Source of the DNA: an uncultured delta proteobacterium
GTDB taxonomy: Bacteria > Desulfobacterota > Syntrophorhabdia > Syntrophorhabdales > WCHB1-27
Direction of reading: 5' to 3'
Assembly (NCBI GenBank): GCA_963810935.1
Contig: CAWEPK010000016.1
Coordinates: 64,001-128,000 of the forward strand
Length of the DNA: 64,000 nt
The notes under the pieces are model-generated. The model saw only the letters and a list, made by a program, of their open reading frames with translations, made no database searches and was not told the DNA's origin. Each line of letters opens with the position of its first letter. Position 1 is the stretch's first letter. Positions 24,901-28,604 of the stretch are shown here, one piece after another. The position numbers and the translations under genes are program-made.

Positions 24901-27900
24901 CCGGGATCTGTCGCATCCGTCGTAGAGAAGCCGTATTCCAGGGCGGAGAGCAGAGTCTGCGAGCCTGCGTCGAGGGTGACGTTGCCCGAGAACTGTGAAG
25001 CGTCTATCGTAGTTGAGTGAAGTCCGCCTGTAAGTATGGCCGCCTGGACGTTAGTCAAGTTATCCGTCCCGACGGTGGTCCCGTTATTCGCGATAGTCAG
25101 GGTCGAGCTCGCGACGGTGCCGATAAGCGTCATGTTGCTCACGTCCTGCGTCTCGACTATCGTATTCGTGCCCGTCGTGTTGCCCGTAATCGTGTTCGTG
25201 CCGCCGCCGCCCGTGAACATGTTGTTGGCTGGCCCGCCGATGAGGGTGTTGTTATTGGCATCCCCGATGAGGGTGTTGTTTCCCTGCCCGCCCGTCGCGT
25301 TCCAGATGTTGCTGATACCGTTGGTGCCTGTAGCGATGCCAAGGCCTAAATTGACCTCTACGTCCGAATTGTACAGGGAATAGTCGAGGGTGTTGTTCGA
25401 GTAATCGTGGGTGGTACTCGAGAGTGTCCCTGCCAAGGTGCCGTCGAAAATGGCCTGGTCCTGGAACGCGAACGTGTTTGCCCCCGGGCCGCCGATGACG
25501 GCCTGTATGCCCGCAACGCTTGCAAGGGTGTCCCCAAGGGCGTCCGAAACGGACACAGTGCCGTCCGCGTTGAGCGTTACAGCGAGGGTGGGGTTATTTG
25601 TGGCGTTGAGGCCGGAGAAGTCGAGCGTCGCCGTCCCCGTAGCCCCGGTGTTCGTCACGGTAGTGCCCGTGCCCCAGCCGTTTAGGAACTTGAACGTGTC
25701 GTTGCCGCCCCCGTCTGAGAGGGTGTCCGCCCCGCCGCCCGCCGTGATGATGTCGTTCCCGCCTCCGCCCACGATCACATTCGCGCCTGTAGCGCTGGCG
25801 GTCAGGACGTCATTGCCGGGGCCGCCCGTAATATTCTGGATATTCTTTATGCCCGCCGTTCCGGTGGCCGCGCCGAAACCCGTGCTGGGGTTGGCGTTGA
25901 GGTTGACAGTCACGCCCGTCGTATATGCGGAATAGTCGATGGTATTGCTCGTTCCTGTGCCGCCGTTTATGGTGCCGTTGAAACTGCCCTGGTCGTCGAA
26001 GGCGAAGGTGTTGCTGCCAGCGCCACCTATTATCTGGGACACATTGGCGACGTTGCCCAGCGTATTCATCTGGCTGCCGTCGTTAACGGAGACGGTGCCC
26101 GCGTGTATATTAAAGGCGAGGTCTGTGTTTGAGCTGATTTGGGAAAAATCGAGGACATTCGAGCCGGCGCCGCTTGCCGTAACGTTGCCCCAGGTGTCGT
26201 CCTGAGCGGACGTGGACCCGAAGGCGAAGGTGTTGGTGGCGGAGCCCCCTATTACGTTGCTTATGTTGCTGAACGTAGTCTGGACGGAGGATACCGTCGC
26301 GGCGTCTGTTGTAAAGTTGACCGCAACTGCCGTTGTATAATGCGAAAAATCGAGCGTGTTCAGGCCGCCTGAGCCGCCGTTTATCGTGCCTGCGAAGGAG
26401 GCGCCGTTATTAAATGTAAAGGTATTATTGCCGGAGCCCCCGATTAATTGCTCCATGCTTGAGACATTGCTCAAAGTGTGGCCCGAGCCGTCCGAAACGC
26501 TGACTGTCCCTCCCGAGCCTATGGTGAAGGCGAGACTGGACGTAACGGCCGAAAAATCGAGCGTATCCGTCCCGCTTGAATCGGTTATCGTATCGGTTCC
26601 CCAGCCGTTCGAGAACTTGTAAGTGTCATTGCCGCTGCCGCCGATAAGGGTATCGTTCCCGCTGCCCACTATAAGGGTATCGTTACCGCTGCCGGCTGTG
26701 ATCGTATCCGAGCCTGTAGCGCTGGCTGTCAGGGTATCGTTGCCCGAGCCGCCGGTGATGTTCTGTATGTTGCTTATTCCCAGCGTGCCCGTTGCGGTCC
26801 CTGCCTGCAGGTCGACCGTGACGTCCGTCGTATAAGCCGCGTAATTAAGGGTACTCGTGCCCGCTCCGCCGTTTATGGCGCCGGCCAGGGCAGCGCCGGC
26901 GGCGAAAACGAAATTATTCGTGCCGTGGCCGCCGATGATGGACTCTACGCCCGCAACGCCGGTGGAGTCCGGGGTATCGGCTACGGTGTTACCGCCGGCT
27001 GCGACGGATACGCTGCCGTCCGCATTGATATTGAATGTTAGGCCGGACGTGACTGCGGAAAAGTCGAGGGTCTTGATGCCGGTCGTGGCTATGGAGACCG
27101 CGCCCCAGCCGTTTGAAAAGGCGATGGTTGTATTTGCTGTGGCCGAGCCTACCACGTTGTCGATGTTGCTGATGCCCAGCGTGCCCGTGGCGGAGCCTGT
27201 GCCGGACGCCGCCGGTAGGTCGATCGTGACGGCCGTCGTATAAGCCGAGTAATCGATGGTGTTTGCGCCCGTGCCGCCGACGATGGTGCCGGCGAACGTG
27301 CCCCCGTTGTCGAAGACGAAGCGGTTCGTGCCCGACCCGCCGATGACTTCTTGTATGTTGGCTACATCGTTGAGGGTGTCGTTGTTCGCGTCGGTTACCG
27401 AGACCGTACCGTTGGCATGGAACGTGAAGGTGAGGTTGGAGGTGACGTTGGAGAAATTGAGGACGTTCGTACCGGTCGTGCCTGTGTCGGTAACCGTTGC
27501 ATTGCCCCAATTATCAAGGAATATGTAGTTATCGTCCCCGTCTCCGCCGGTCAGGTTCATATTGGGCGAGCCGGCCGTGTGGTCGGTGAGGAAGTATTTG
27601 TAGCCCTCGACGGAGGTGACCGAGAAGAGGGGCATTGCCGTAACGGCGCCCGTCGCGTAATTAAGGGCCCAGGTCGCATTCGAGCCGTTGCCCATATCTT
27701 CGGTGGATGCCGCGACTACTGTGCCTGTTGCCGCGGCGAGGTCGTTTACGAATTTTACGCCCGATTGTCCGGACGCTACGTCGCACGCATAGAGTAGGAT
27801 ATCGGCCCCGGGCGCGAGCGACGCCTGCCATCCGGAGATCTCCGCCAGCCTGCTCTGAAGAGTTTGGTCATCCAGAACGGTAGTGCCGAGGGTGAGAAGC

Positions 27901-28547
27901 CCCGAGCTGCCGTGGGATAATATATAAACGGAACTCACGCCCTGGTATTGCGAGAGCACCTGGGTTATCTGGTCCACGCCGTCTTTGTACGGGTTGAGCA
28001 CGACGATCAGCCTGCCGTTGTCGTCGAACTCCATCTGCTGCCCGTCGCCCGAGGAGGATGTCCCGAAGGCGGAAGGATGGAAGGCTACGTTACTGCCAGA
28101 TGTCTGCCCGGCCCGCCCGCTTTGAAACATGTCCTTGATAAGCTGCGTATAGTCCGTGACGGAGGGGTCGACGAAGACGATTTCCTGTATCGGGCTCGCC
28201 TTCTGCGTGTCTGCGAAGGATTGTTTGGCCGTCCGCACGGCCTGGGATTGGGCGATGTTGAGGTGGTAGTTGGAGGCCGCCGCCATTGCTCCCGATTCGG
28301 CGGACCTTCCGGGTCCCCATCCGGCAGGTCCCTGCAAGTGCCCGGAGGCATCGGAAGCCCACTGTACATGCGCCGGAGCGGCGTGTGCGTCGGCCGCATG
28401 CTTCGCCATCTGGGACGCGATGATACCGCCGGCAGAAGGAAGAATCCTGCGTTCGAGCACTTCGAATTGCATGGCCCGTCGCTGGCGTTTCTCCTGTCGT
28501 TTTACAACTCGTTTCGGGGAGAGCCTTTCTTTCAAGCCGGCTAACAT
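1..28547 (-). CDS. Giant multi-domain surface protein/adhesin (>=~9,500 aa, runs off the window), interrupted by ~7 single-base indels; probable type I secretion substrate
   Basis: GGAGG RBS before ATG 28547. ORFs 17706..28547, 3664..17703, 1290..3689, 887..1702, 871..1092 and the open frame 1..~970 join into one continuous Gly/Thr/Ser/Ala-rich repeat protein once single-base shifts at ~17755, ~3718, ~1897, ~1202, ~1162, ~1100 and ~970 are corrected. Directly downstream of tolC. Confidence 0.85.
887..1702 (-). CDS. Giant protein segment 4 (fragment with further indels)
   Basis: LTSTTLTGLGM.GSITYG..E.LNI.LG.G.DTFTI repeats; frame switches at ~1202, ~1162 and ~1100. Confidence 0.7.
   Translation of the reverse strand: MTINGQGGTNTINIDDSGDTAGPTGTLTSTTLTGLGMPGSITYGTTEYLNINLGAGPDTFTISSTGAVTNLYTGAGSNIVYVTEIDNNTTIYDQSTTDQINVGWGPGYTYANGSTSHINALLTVSGDNGADVLNVSNEAATAADPDDVLTSTMLTGLGMSGSISYSQCRPCISTSAPAPTTFTIASTSAVTYLYTGAGANTCLRDRDKQRYNHQRPEHDRYGKRGLGPGPDLRGRQHEPHQRPSRPSRETAVPKCSTSATRPPRQPIRTTS
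1290..3689 (-). CDS. Giant protein segment 3 (in frame only from ~3718 to ~1897): filamentous-haemagglutinin-like beta-helix repeats
   Basis: L.A.G.IG....PI repeats. Translation becomes Arg/His-rich junk after TTYLN, and the sensible frame continues LTIDGVITGTKLTI. Confidence 0.8.
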   Translation of the reverse strand: MAIAAAEPEDITFYDAGGQAITNVFPVLNAAGSGYAVGDLLTVSGGSGMELQVTALGTNNAVAAFNVVSLGSGYTAANGGATAGGKGTGCTVNVSDTPVSLTVNEVKSVDIATTTGTVIFNATGNVNVGTLGGFNLESVNAGGEARIQAQSGLVDVRGDTNPVIVAGGNAILEGGNNGIGTSSVPIYVALSTGSLSASAANDIYITATEYDLRLVDIYSNANVYLTADGTGSIFDDNPNSAAAGVWEIGGQSAFLQAGGSIGTSSNYVATDLGQSGKVTATAGQNIYLHQVSGNMNVAAADSTNGGNIGLWAAVNLYDANGTVAPVAIGNNITLEADSGVINKASGGVAVGFAIHASGNLTSLSSLNTYVTETTGNLSLNTVQTQAGTAFISAPAGEILNGTGNTNITSGETYLFASGDIGTQANPIKAQTPSGSIAAIVQGASTAGSIYLDNEGALDLSNSVTGSGYGMQAGGGVYVNTDCPLEISSDVFAQGDIVKQAGTSLGETNSDLTVDPGVTIQSANGYVSLIAGTAVILEGSSSQITTIASNASYVSIVAGTNVTVQPDVVIAAGYTGKNSSTNVTIQGDAYTSGSTTYLNYRRRYHRHQADDNRRPRQRRNKPDQRTGGHAHRDRCRKRQRYDRHRQQGHNHQHGRRRKHDRRCLDDKRPGRHEYDQHRRLGRYGGADGHPHLHHPHRPRHAGQHHLRHNRIPEHQPRRRPRHLHHLIHGRRDEPLHGRRIEHSVRNRDRQQHNDLRPEHDRSDKRGLGSGLYLRQRLHKPYQRPPHCLGRQRRRCAQRQQ
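3664..17703 (-). CDS. Giant protein segment 2: leukotoxin LktA-like beta-helical repeat stalk plus accessory modules
   Basis: 4679-aa ORF with no RBS. The same frame reads upstream as VLATDATSLYAVAGAVAVGK up to the indel at ~17755. Recurrent GVAGSGAVAV / N.I.N.VEA.I repeats. Confidence 0.85.
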   Translation of the reverse strand: MGKTAGLGGAVDVNVVLDTATAIVTGSTIGTASSPVNAFTAEADRTGTVVSVAAAGAGSKKTALAAGIGVNYLSNTVEAEVTGASSVTATGAVAVNANDTETDIAVMGGVAISTGQAGIGAAIGVNLSYNTVEAFVNNASLKSTASTVKIDASANELLLNVVLGAAGGDKFALGGSVAVNETTNTVEAYITNSNSTVTASGDITVSANDTTTMIAIAGGFAGSNKVAVGAAISVTNVADRIEAYIDGATVTSSTGEVNVNAGFAPPQTAANLSNVNTGVSGITLPSASSVPQLGEQIVNVTVAGSGSGKFAAGAAISLNWLDNTVIAYIKDNATVTGHGDVTVSATDNAQLDTGTLGAAGAGQVAIGAALAYDYIGGDPTNPVLNVPENPLGSSQAQVTAYIDGSTVESTHGNVNVTAYSSPSLVDVTAGGAGAGKVAIAGSIALNFIRSVVDASIVDNARVTADVGTINVSATTAPSATIIAGAAAGAGTAAVGLASGDSDFLSGVTANIDNSHATAHDVSLTATDNSIVNNLTFAGAGAGSYAAGVAVAVNVINDTVEASLTDGAVVNTTSGSGSDGTVALTAQDTSTIDAFAIGVAGSGTAAGGAAVAANVVTNTIGTDVNASTIDAGTTVTLLSEAQSLIRALALGVSGSGNVAVSVTALGNYVGDTVTAEIDNSSTVTASGNVSITAEEIAPSLLSPFTLTGTTGTTSTQESALTTALAGSPISLTGNILAIMVSVSGSGSVAVSAAISGNIVHNVVHAYIVDSTVSGAGVILAATSSSSITAVTVGVGGSGSVAVQATGFGNVITDDTEAEISGGSTVSSTGVMSLTATDQSQITALALSIAASGSAAISAIIGANVVTNTVEALISGSTVASGGTLALDAESTAIIYSFVAGVTGSGAAAVTVLLGANVIHDTTEAEIENDSGSYSVHSDGALSITAKDSSQINAISIGIAGSGAAAVTVGLAANVVANVVQAEVSGSTVTVGPAGSTSATSTASFTETAASSEIIRALDIGVAGSGACAVQVAAMGNAIANHVEADVTNSTIYAQGSVSISAQDEAPSAIPGLPTSMSSSFDSATPNSPIPWNDNILTVMVGVAGSGAVAVNAVLSGNLIIDTVRSDIIGSTVKAGYSNSGVEISGSASSLNLSALSQNSIIALTVGVAGSGAVAVNATGYGDVITDTTAATITGGSIVDSAGTMGLTAHDQSNITSFGVGVAGTGAVAVSALLAANVVTNTVETKISGSTVHADSALTLESESLAKIMGISVDVSGSGAVAVSPAISANVIADTTESLIVNNGTAKSNVSAGGTVTMTALDSSEIDAISLNVAGTGAVAVGVSLSGNVIANTVEAEITDSHVTAGGLNMTAEADEIIRSLAVGVSGSGAVAVQVTAIGNVIADQVLAQVTGGSNVTTTGTGSITIQAMDQAPTLVPDWTTQGLPFHSSTYNTSDTGSTTVNSGDTVDVLQGFTGSGTVGDRYQYKGSTASLDLTSANYNDTSKWTDLGNSASLDTGTLSGSFSGSTVQPTGNILAIVASIAGTGGVAVNGVLAGNIITDTVRADIIGSTVTAGGSVSLTATSNDAIMAATAGVAGSGAVAVNATGFGNVITETVAATISGNSTVTSTSGSTGLTARNESHITSLAISVAGSTVAIGGLIGANVITNTVEAEISGSSVAADTSLTLDAESTASILGLTLSLAGGVGAVGITLSANVISDTTEALIVDSGTAGAPVSAGGAITLTANDGSQINALSFDVAVGGGAAGLAVAVNTIVNTIEANVEDSTVQGASLSQTAESQAIIRTLVIGVSGGGASFGLTAVGNVIHNTVEAEITGDSTVTTSGAINLTAEDIAPSTIPSWTVPTNDQSTYNSGTSSYPGSLSSANIVALVINVGGAGGVAASVTVLGNVIDNTVATGIISSTVKAGVSPLNGAADINLTSETDDSIIAAMAGFVLSGVASLGANVMGNAIANGVTATVQDSTVRAGGQLAISAKDESSITGADLGFAASFSLFSFAGNVVMEYNDIGNTIEAEISGSDVETGSGVSASAVSNAQVLSFVAGAAISGGAAGNLSATINDIHNTVEAAIENDGARACSVNAGVLSSSTSASVTVSSSDTSTIDAIAIGLSAGGLLGAGAATADNYIGSLSGQPNTVEATIANSTVISGGATDVTATSTEIIRSVAAGISGAGGVAGQASITDNEIDSTVEASVTSATITAGGEVLIKASDTAPGGGLDYLSAMDIPASTLTKVENALNSNSNASYSQAANIVSLAGSIGGAGLAAGSVAVSTNSITNTISATVTSSAVTSTGSDVTVEAISGEQIASIAAGIGAAGGVALNASAATNTIDNNVSAYIDGASTIEAGASSPINVTATDTGSINSLAISLAGALGFAAGGAVVTNTMDGNTLAYVSGTSDTSRTEIDGAGLVTIEAQATESATGIALGATLGTVAAGASVVTATIGGTTEAYLGNYTDVGNAAGMTVGGLTVEAIASDTTLSEVWGLSGGIGALTYNEAASTATPVLLAYVGSDPSYTGSNPNDTNVNVTGAMTVSAGATPQLESDASGIALGALAAGASVATATVSPTVTAKAAGNIEAGSLIVQASDSEASGQHAAEASTTGSTGGLVAVDGTQSTAVNTGTVTSYVDNGTTLTIGSSVAITATNNTDQYAVANGDAYGLVAAGGNVAEADSNNVSTQAYIGTGVTITGGTSVVGLTDGGQYYVVPIYESKTIDPATDISGNEVDLGAGSGFMTGDQVVYQTGSYQSGTDSNGIPVYTPYAPIGGLTDNAVYTLTADASRPGYFTLKDQNGNLVTTLTPGSATGNNQSFQEISPTRVMLASSFDNATSQIPVTLSLSEPTVPAPGHTLTPANGDAAITFDPGTELNTADGSIYVGPDSGLYQGEAVVYAKATAPSVTISATGYDTNLAQATSGSGGLLAGAGAASTVRDTSTTEAYIADASSSSNATNLDVAALTVTANHTARFDAEANSLAAGLVGGSGASGYNDANSTVQASIGNYTNITTQSLDVTAQSTTLKNFVAVGSGDWDVQAGSGGVFAGSAADSETDITNNTSATIGNYVSIAVTGSITNPGDFIVSAYNDVEAYDSVDIDAGGAIAGAGVVSEIRADTNNATAALGNNDVISTVGDLDLESYTKGILDSEPKAHTYGLAAAASVDALARIHENDAVNVGTGTLVTAMGNLNLLAGENHLGTENYFSVTSHGDELNAAAIPISSLTSHGEVVQNNTVYVGGQDPVTDIDTDLRAAKDANLTAQTLGDILLEAYGTGKDWLTAVSGAINSALGGTPIPATMQGGTGTETTVGTVTVNGNIEVGIEDTQTLIIDMDGTVDHASTGDITFTTDTESEANNLVMEFNYYTELAQVYGGSTAGQAYATQAGYIATEMQQLGLTATGSAGTAYITSYVVPFITVSPIWAQQGSINILASNPSGNALVVNGTLDAAGNVAVTIDNKSPAYLRIEGITIPNNTGAGQVMYNYNPLTSLNGGTLGVTGSGHINAAGGSGSTEPTITIKSEFNASDPVDQSYAPSAQTPDIEIAGDINNLNGTVTITSAGGVTEEANLDAGTVTITAGGGYVQNYTNALSNVGGDPAAQYWWQQAINQAVADASLSPTNTSYTYAAGADSTIQADIAKALAAQPTSSIVSGGNVFIAAEYLNIDGIVQSGQPAQTVTIGTNAATQISEANTVYSYEQAGQTWYAQYLESYYGLSTSDGKLFKLTTDGANDTISAAYDAQTQQIELGSISVQGGYMQLYGDIVSTGSGQIKVLDGYGTVSITNNTTYAIVTNNISTGTGVAGELLITNTAYTNGSGTPLTTVYTVGTNDQVAVSNYYGDPSHPASTSDPNYQAVVGNADLGQRTAIYTPLSGQRYYWTEGQQFMETTTNTYSASSWLGITAFYTPSNLTSSNTVATGGLAIQPGAYVAGSSVTTSVSNWYGGSSNQTTTYSGNFSFSGQFNAVGTATTQDYPVQESSTWYGKKTYTSTSVTEQGYDAVYMASIKADQPINIQFIGSDTGGITVTSQGSVVIKGSIQDAVGTTSITSSGGDIETGAATASVGGYNIILSAASGIGAGNALTVDPTTPNNGTPGVINATSTTGDIDLTDPHGDMVVSQIESGTSSAPAGDITLSAAGSIKAATAAQIAAAGLSATQSLIVGGAVTLTATDGGIGSFGTGGTYANPATDALPINMDTGTDATHDTLTATAQGDVYIVELTGDLRVNAITTPADVRVEVLNGNLTNANTTVTTDSRTWNELLSMYDDMDATGASAQTSVNNTIAAYQQAETQDYQTYWSYRNSQSDDYVGGLTQGQTYYVELNGSTISLSLTPGGAPVSITASGDPGAGGAQQRLYTGSSSYVTFNDSSTYINNTAGTIAVSGISNTGGGGTLTNGEAVTFERNVPYSDGQSVTLSAAQTTAYTAYYQAQYQALTNPSESESTYVANALATLQTQETQEYHTLNQTWGQVGNIEAGSHYDGGNYDPNFSYTSGFNTTTDVAATDVLHQTFGPSNISGGTTVNVGLNAFTNGEEVVFEGGTAGNTNGNLTYGQTYYVVTTGNQQVISLASTAGGNAIDLSTITGTGNYLSDGAVLSQRAAWSQTQLQNSVSVSIFQSHTTTSTLYGTATDITGNNVYLSAGGNTSTTGDIGVSNGTLTVSLPLSSLPLGRHKSGHCGSGA
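17706..28547 (-). CDS. Giant protein segment 1: LEPRxLL-like motif, DUF4347-like domain, RTX-like Ca-binding repeats, FliD-like and phage-tail-like modules, start of LktA-like stalk
   Basis: FEVLERRILPS; QEIVFVDPSV...ILSHG...ILLYACDVA...AAS; GGSGNDTL nonamers; 3613-aa ORF whose last ~16 residues are out of frame. Confidence 0.85.
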   Translation of the reverse strand: MLAGLKERLSPKRVVKRQEKRQRRAMQFEVLERRILPSAGGIIASQMAKHAADAHAAPAHVQWASDASGHLQGPAGWGPGRSAESGAMAAASNYHLNIAQSQAVRTAKQSFADTQKASPIQEIVFVDPSVTDYTQLIKDMFQSGRAGQTSGSNVAFHPSAFGTSSSGDGQQMEFDDNGRLIVVLNPYKDGVDQITQVLSQYQGVSSVYILSHGSSGLLTLGTTVLDDQTLQSRLAEISGWQASLAPGADILLYACDVASGQSGVKFVNDLAAATGTVVAASTEDMGNGSNATWALNYATGAVTAMPLFSVTSVEGYKYFLTDHTAGSPNMNLTGGDGDDNYIFLDNWGNATVTDTGTTGTNVLNFSNVTSNLTFTFHANGTVSVTDANNDTLNDVANIQEVIGGSGTNRFVFDNGGTFAGTIVGGTGANTIDYSAYTTAVTIDLPAASGTGSATGTLGISNIDNVVGSATANTTIAFSNGWGAVSIATTGIKTLDFSAVTSGLTFNINADGSVSVAAGGNTVADTPDSTGVAGVESIIGGHGTNNFVFAAGAALAGAINGGAGTSTLNYAAYTTDVTVDLQAGTATGTLGISNIQNITGGSGNDTLTASATGSDTITAGSGNDTLIVGSGNDTLIGGSGNDTYKFSNGWGTDTITDSSGTDTLDFSAVTSSLAFTIGSGGTVSVSDGSGHTLSNVSSMEQLIGGSGNNTFTFNNGASFAGTINGGSGGLNTLDFSHYTTAVAVNFTTDAATVSSVQTTFSNISNVIGGSATNTFAFGSTSAQDDTWGNVTASGAGSNVLDFSQISSNTDLAFNIHAGTVSVNDGSQMNTLGNVANVSQIIGGAGSNTFAFDDQGSFNGTINGGTGTSNTIDYSAYTTGVTVNLNANPSTGFGAATGTAGIKNIQNITGGPGNDVLTASATGANVIVGGGGNDIITAGGGADTLSDGGGNDTFKFLNGWGTGTTVTNTGATGTATLDFSGLNATNNPTLAVTLNADGTVSVSDALGDTLASVAGIQAVIGGPGANTFAFQDQAIFDGTLAGTLSSTTHDYSNNTLDYSLYNSDVEVNLGLGIATGTNGISNIWNATGGQGNNTLIGDANNNTLIGGPANNMFTGGGGTNTITGNTTGTNTIVETQDVSNMTLIGTVASSTLTIANNGTTVGTDNLTNVQAAILTGGLHSTTIDASQFSGNVTLDAGSQTLLSALEYGFSTTDATDPGLTGSTPLSSLNDGAGADLASGDGFTVTLTDGTTFNVDLSTITNSSPTLQDVFNAITNAAPKANEVENVALTGSTTGGAFTLSYNGQTTAGIGYNATAGQVQSALTALSGIGSGNVAVTGTPGSWSVAFTGSLAGSPQTITADGSGLAGGSVNVTETTPGGPRVSVGIDSQQGDSIVITDSLDSGGSVSITPLVGNSTSGQASSLGILCTGNGNTLIGSSIAEVTADIQITMMSGAKLDVDLSGLNNIQDVLSVLNQASPNLTASINATGTGINLTDTAGGGGSLSVINMNGSSAGTDLGIVGTATGNVLHGAAIVTGSEALDGRNKVDTLYGGTGTNTFTGGGGTTTIIGQGTNNTVVETRGDDSYTFLYTQSDTTLTIDGRTSGVVASDILTDVQNLTLTAGNGSDTMDTSAFTGGNTTLTVGDGNNDLLKAGSGSNATNILYAGDGNNDTPVGGAGSGITNTLTVGVGTNDTVTGGAGATNDLVEVGDHRYVLSGNSTSATLDMGQGTDEVENVALTGTVTGGTFTITYEGQTTIAIPYNASAGVVQADLMALSNIGSGDVTVASNTTGTWSVTFTENLAGLPQTITADGTGLTGASPGVQVTPVTTGAPPANPDTVTNVQNVGFYGILQGVLMDTSQFSTTGTVTLSGGQGDNTFKAGSSTTVMIGGPEDNTFYDGTGTDTITGNATGTNTLIATHDANMTLTNGSLVVAGLKTDTLSGIQNVQITGGGGNNTLDTTGFDGVYTTTELQSLNNGKGVQCAGSGQNDLDITLSDGSTQVLVSLSSAFTVQDVLTAIDAANSHLTATLGSNGAITIGDSTNGSHNLTVANCSGSTAATDLGIVGTGSGASLTGSPISCGSVTFYSSAGNDTMKAGTGTTNSLVEAWDANMTLAGSVASSSLTVGTTKTDTLTNIGNITLTDSGTALGTKRTLDASGFSGGVTFNTSRDDILNGGLGGGNVFEINVKNMTPGIDTVTVNPGGGTNNSVVIEGGSHNITTSSFGWITWVGAGSSAAAYVYDGGSNTVVTQDIYTYGQNITIEGDTVTIDGYTVNSGTDGITSVTKAGNITIQGYTINIDDGAQILAKATAGGTDGAITITALDNRANFTTGFANIDNVNAVLNIGTTSGATISGGNVTITATGYSQHYFQASDFQVFDVGGRLKSGASLVQEAIDGVLGGLESLSFFAGVTISKSTATIDIGQNAYINAAVLNVDATAKASASANPTSWGLGVAFGEIDTTATVTIDGHITTTGDAVIAASTDNTIMVKSNPSAIKGYGVAAAISLINSNATADVSHLAVLNIGGNLYVSGNRIDRNFTTAMSNSDSDGVLNAAFAVSLETEQTNAYLDGTATVAGNVNVDATTQSASIQQNKLGIIPGTVGGVSASAGVGAGSNTGDLVTDYKSAAITKLTTPLKNGAIKLLTPLGKWLAARNPVKWLMSKFASSSPPPSFDFGAAVAFEEEYSQTTARIGDGTNAATVTSQGTVSVASQVSDSPSIQAQTTVQDDTSDSEASKDKTPATESQEHGATGQANDAEPAKKQPTKVGIAIAVTADIVHDDAYAYIADHASVSGATAVTVNAQSLNQISPSSLEIMNLIAPFQSSNYGATYNSGDTGQTTINPGDTVDVVGGDRYQYLGTTQTSMDLSNTLYTNTSLWKDLGQPAQQDYNTGDTGQTYVTNNPNSPTLVNVLPGYANGGTAGDTYQYIGSPASIDLTATNYGDTSSWQDLGSTAEQATKSFIGNLDTYLNDSFGIGYNVANSWSTATAQGETKQISAALAFLLLEHTADASIDSGAVINQGTAYHNSAVAVTADAENDTINITGNFQVPGLTLDTSKSWVPSFQKPGFGTSKGAKAAGGGIMVQLDESNVTAKVEDGVTLYGGSLDVEADTKNILINLTASGGKSSSLAFNGTITFSSALDTTLAQIDSGATVVIGSGSVNSDDTVLVRADDTSVLVSVAGSVAVSDQTAVGLSSAVNLTGRNTQAVIGLEEGEAAPSTLGSFSASGNVEVDAINGGFVGAFAVAGSKSSGSASQSQNGSGGTSNPGTGGTQGSNGTQQSNQDLATWQSKMGAVLQEAVAKGKMTGNIAGTANSEGGGTAEGSSSAVGVSGSAGVNLLFDSADAYVRDTGVFQTYSGGSLTINAKNSTTTVNLAGSVAYASGSNNNSATGISGAAAINILSGETDAFIDGVAGLVLAGGLDIESKRTGWTISVAAGFAGATGKDGKAIAGSAGVNIITYTTEAGLENITGTSANPQVTVGGAVTVNANDGSYLVSVGGSGAFGGKAGVGVAVGFTYENNTTQAEIANVTGYNGAAGLSAAGNINVDATNGGTVVAATGSLGIATGGGGESGYAGAGTVTINALLNKVNAEITGSTLTTTSSGNVESSRRTLRRCMLLRER

Positions 28548-28604
28548 GGTGCTTCCTCCACTCTCATTTCGATGATTCTGGGCCTTTGTCCCCCGGTCGT
28601 TATC

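Noticed and set aside
112..28575. Many plus-strand and alternate-frame ORFs over the giant gene
   Set aside because: Shadow ORFs of a GC-rich, codon-biased gene; low-complexity Pro/Val/Arg translations with no motifs.
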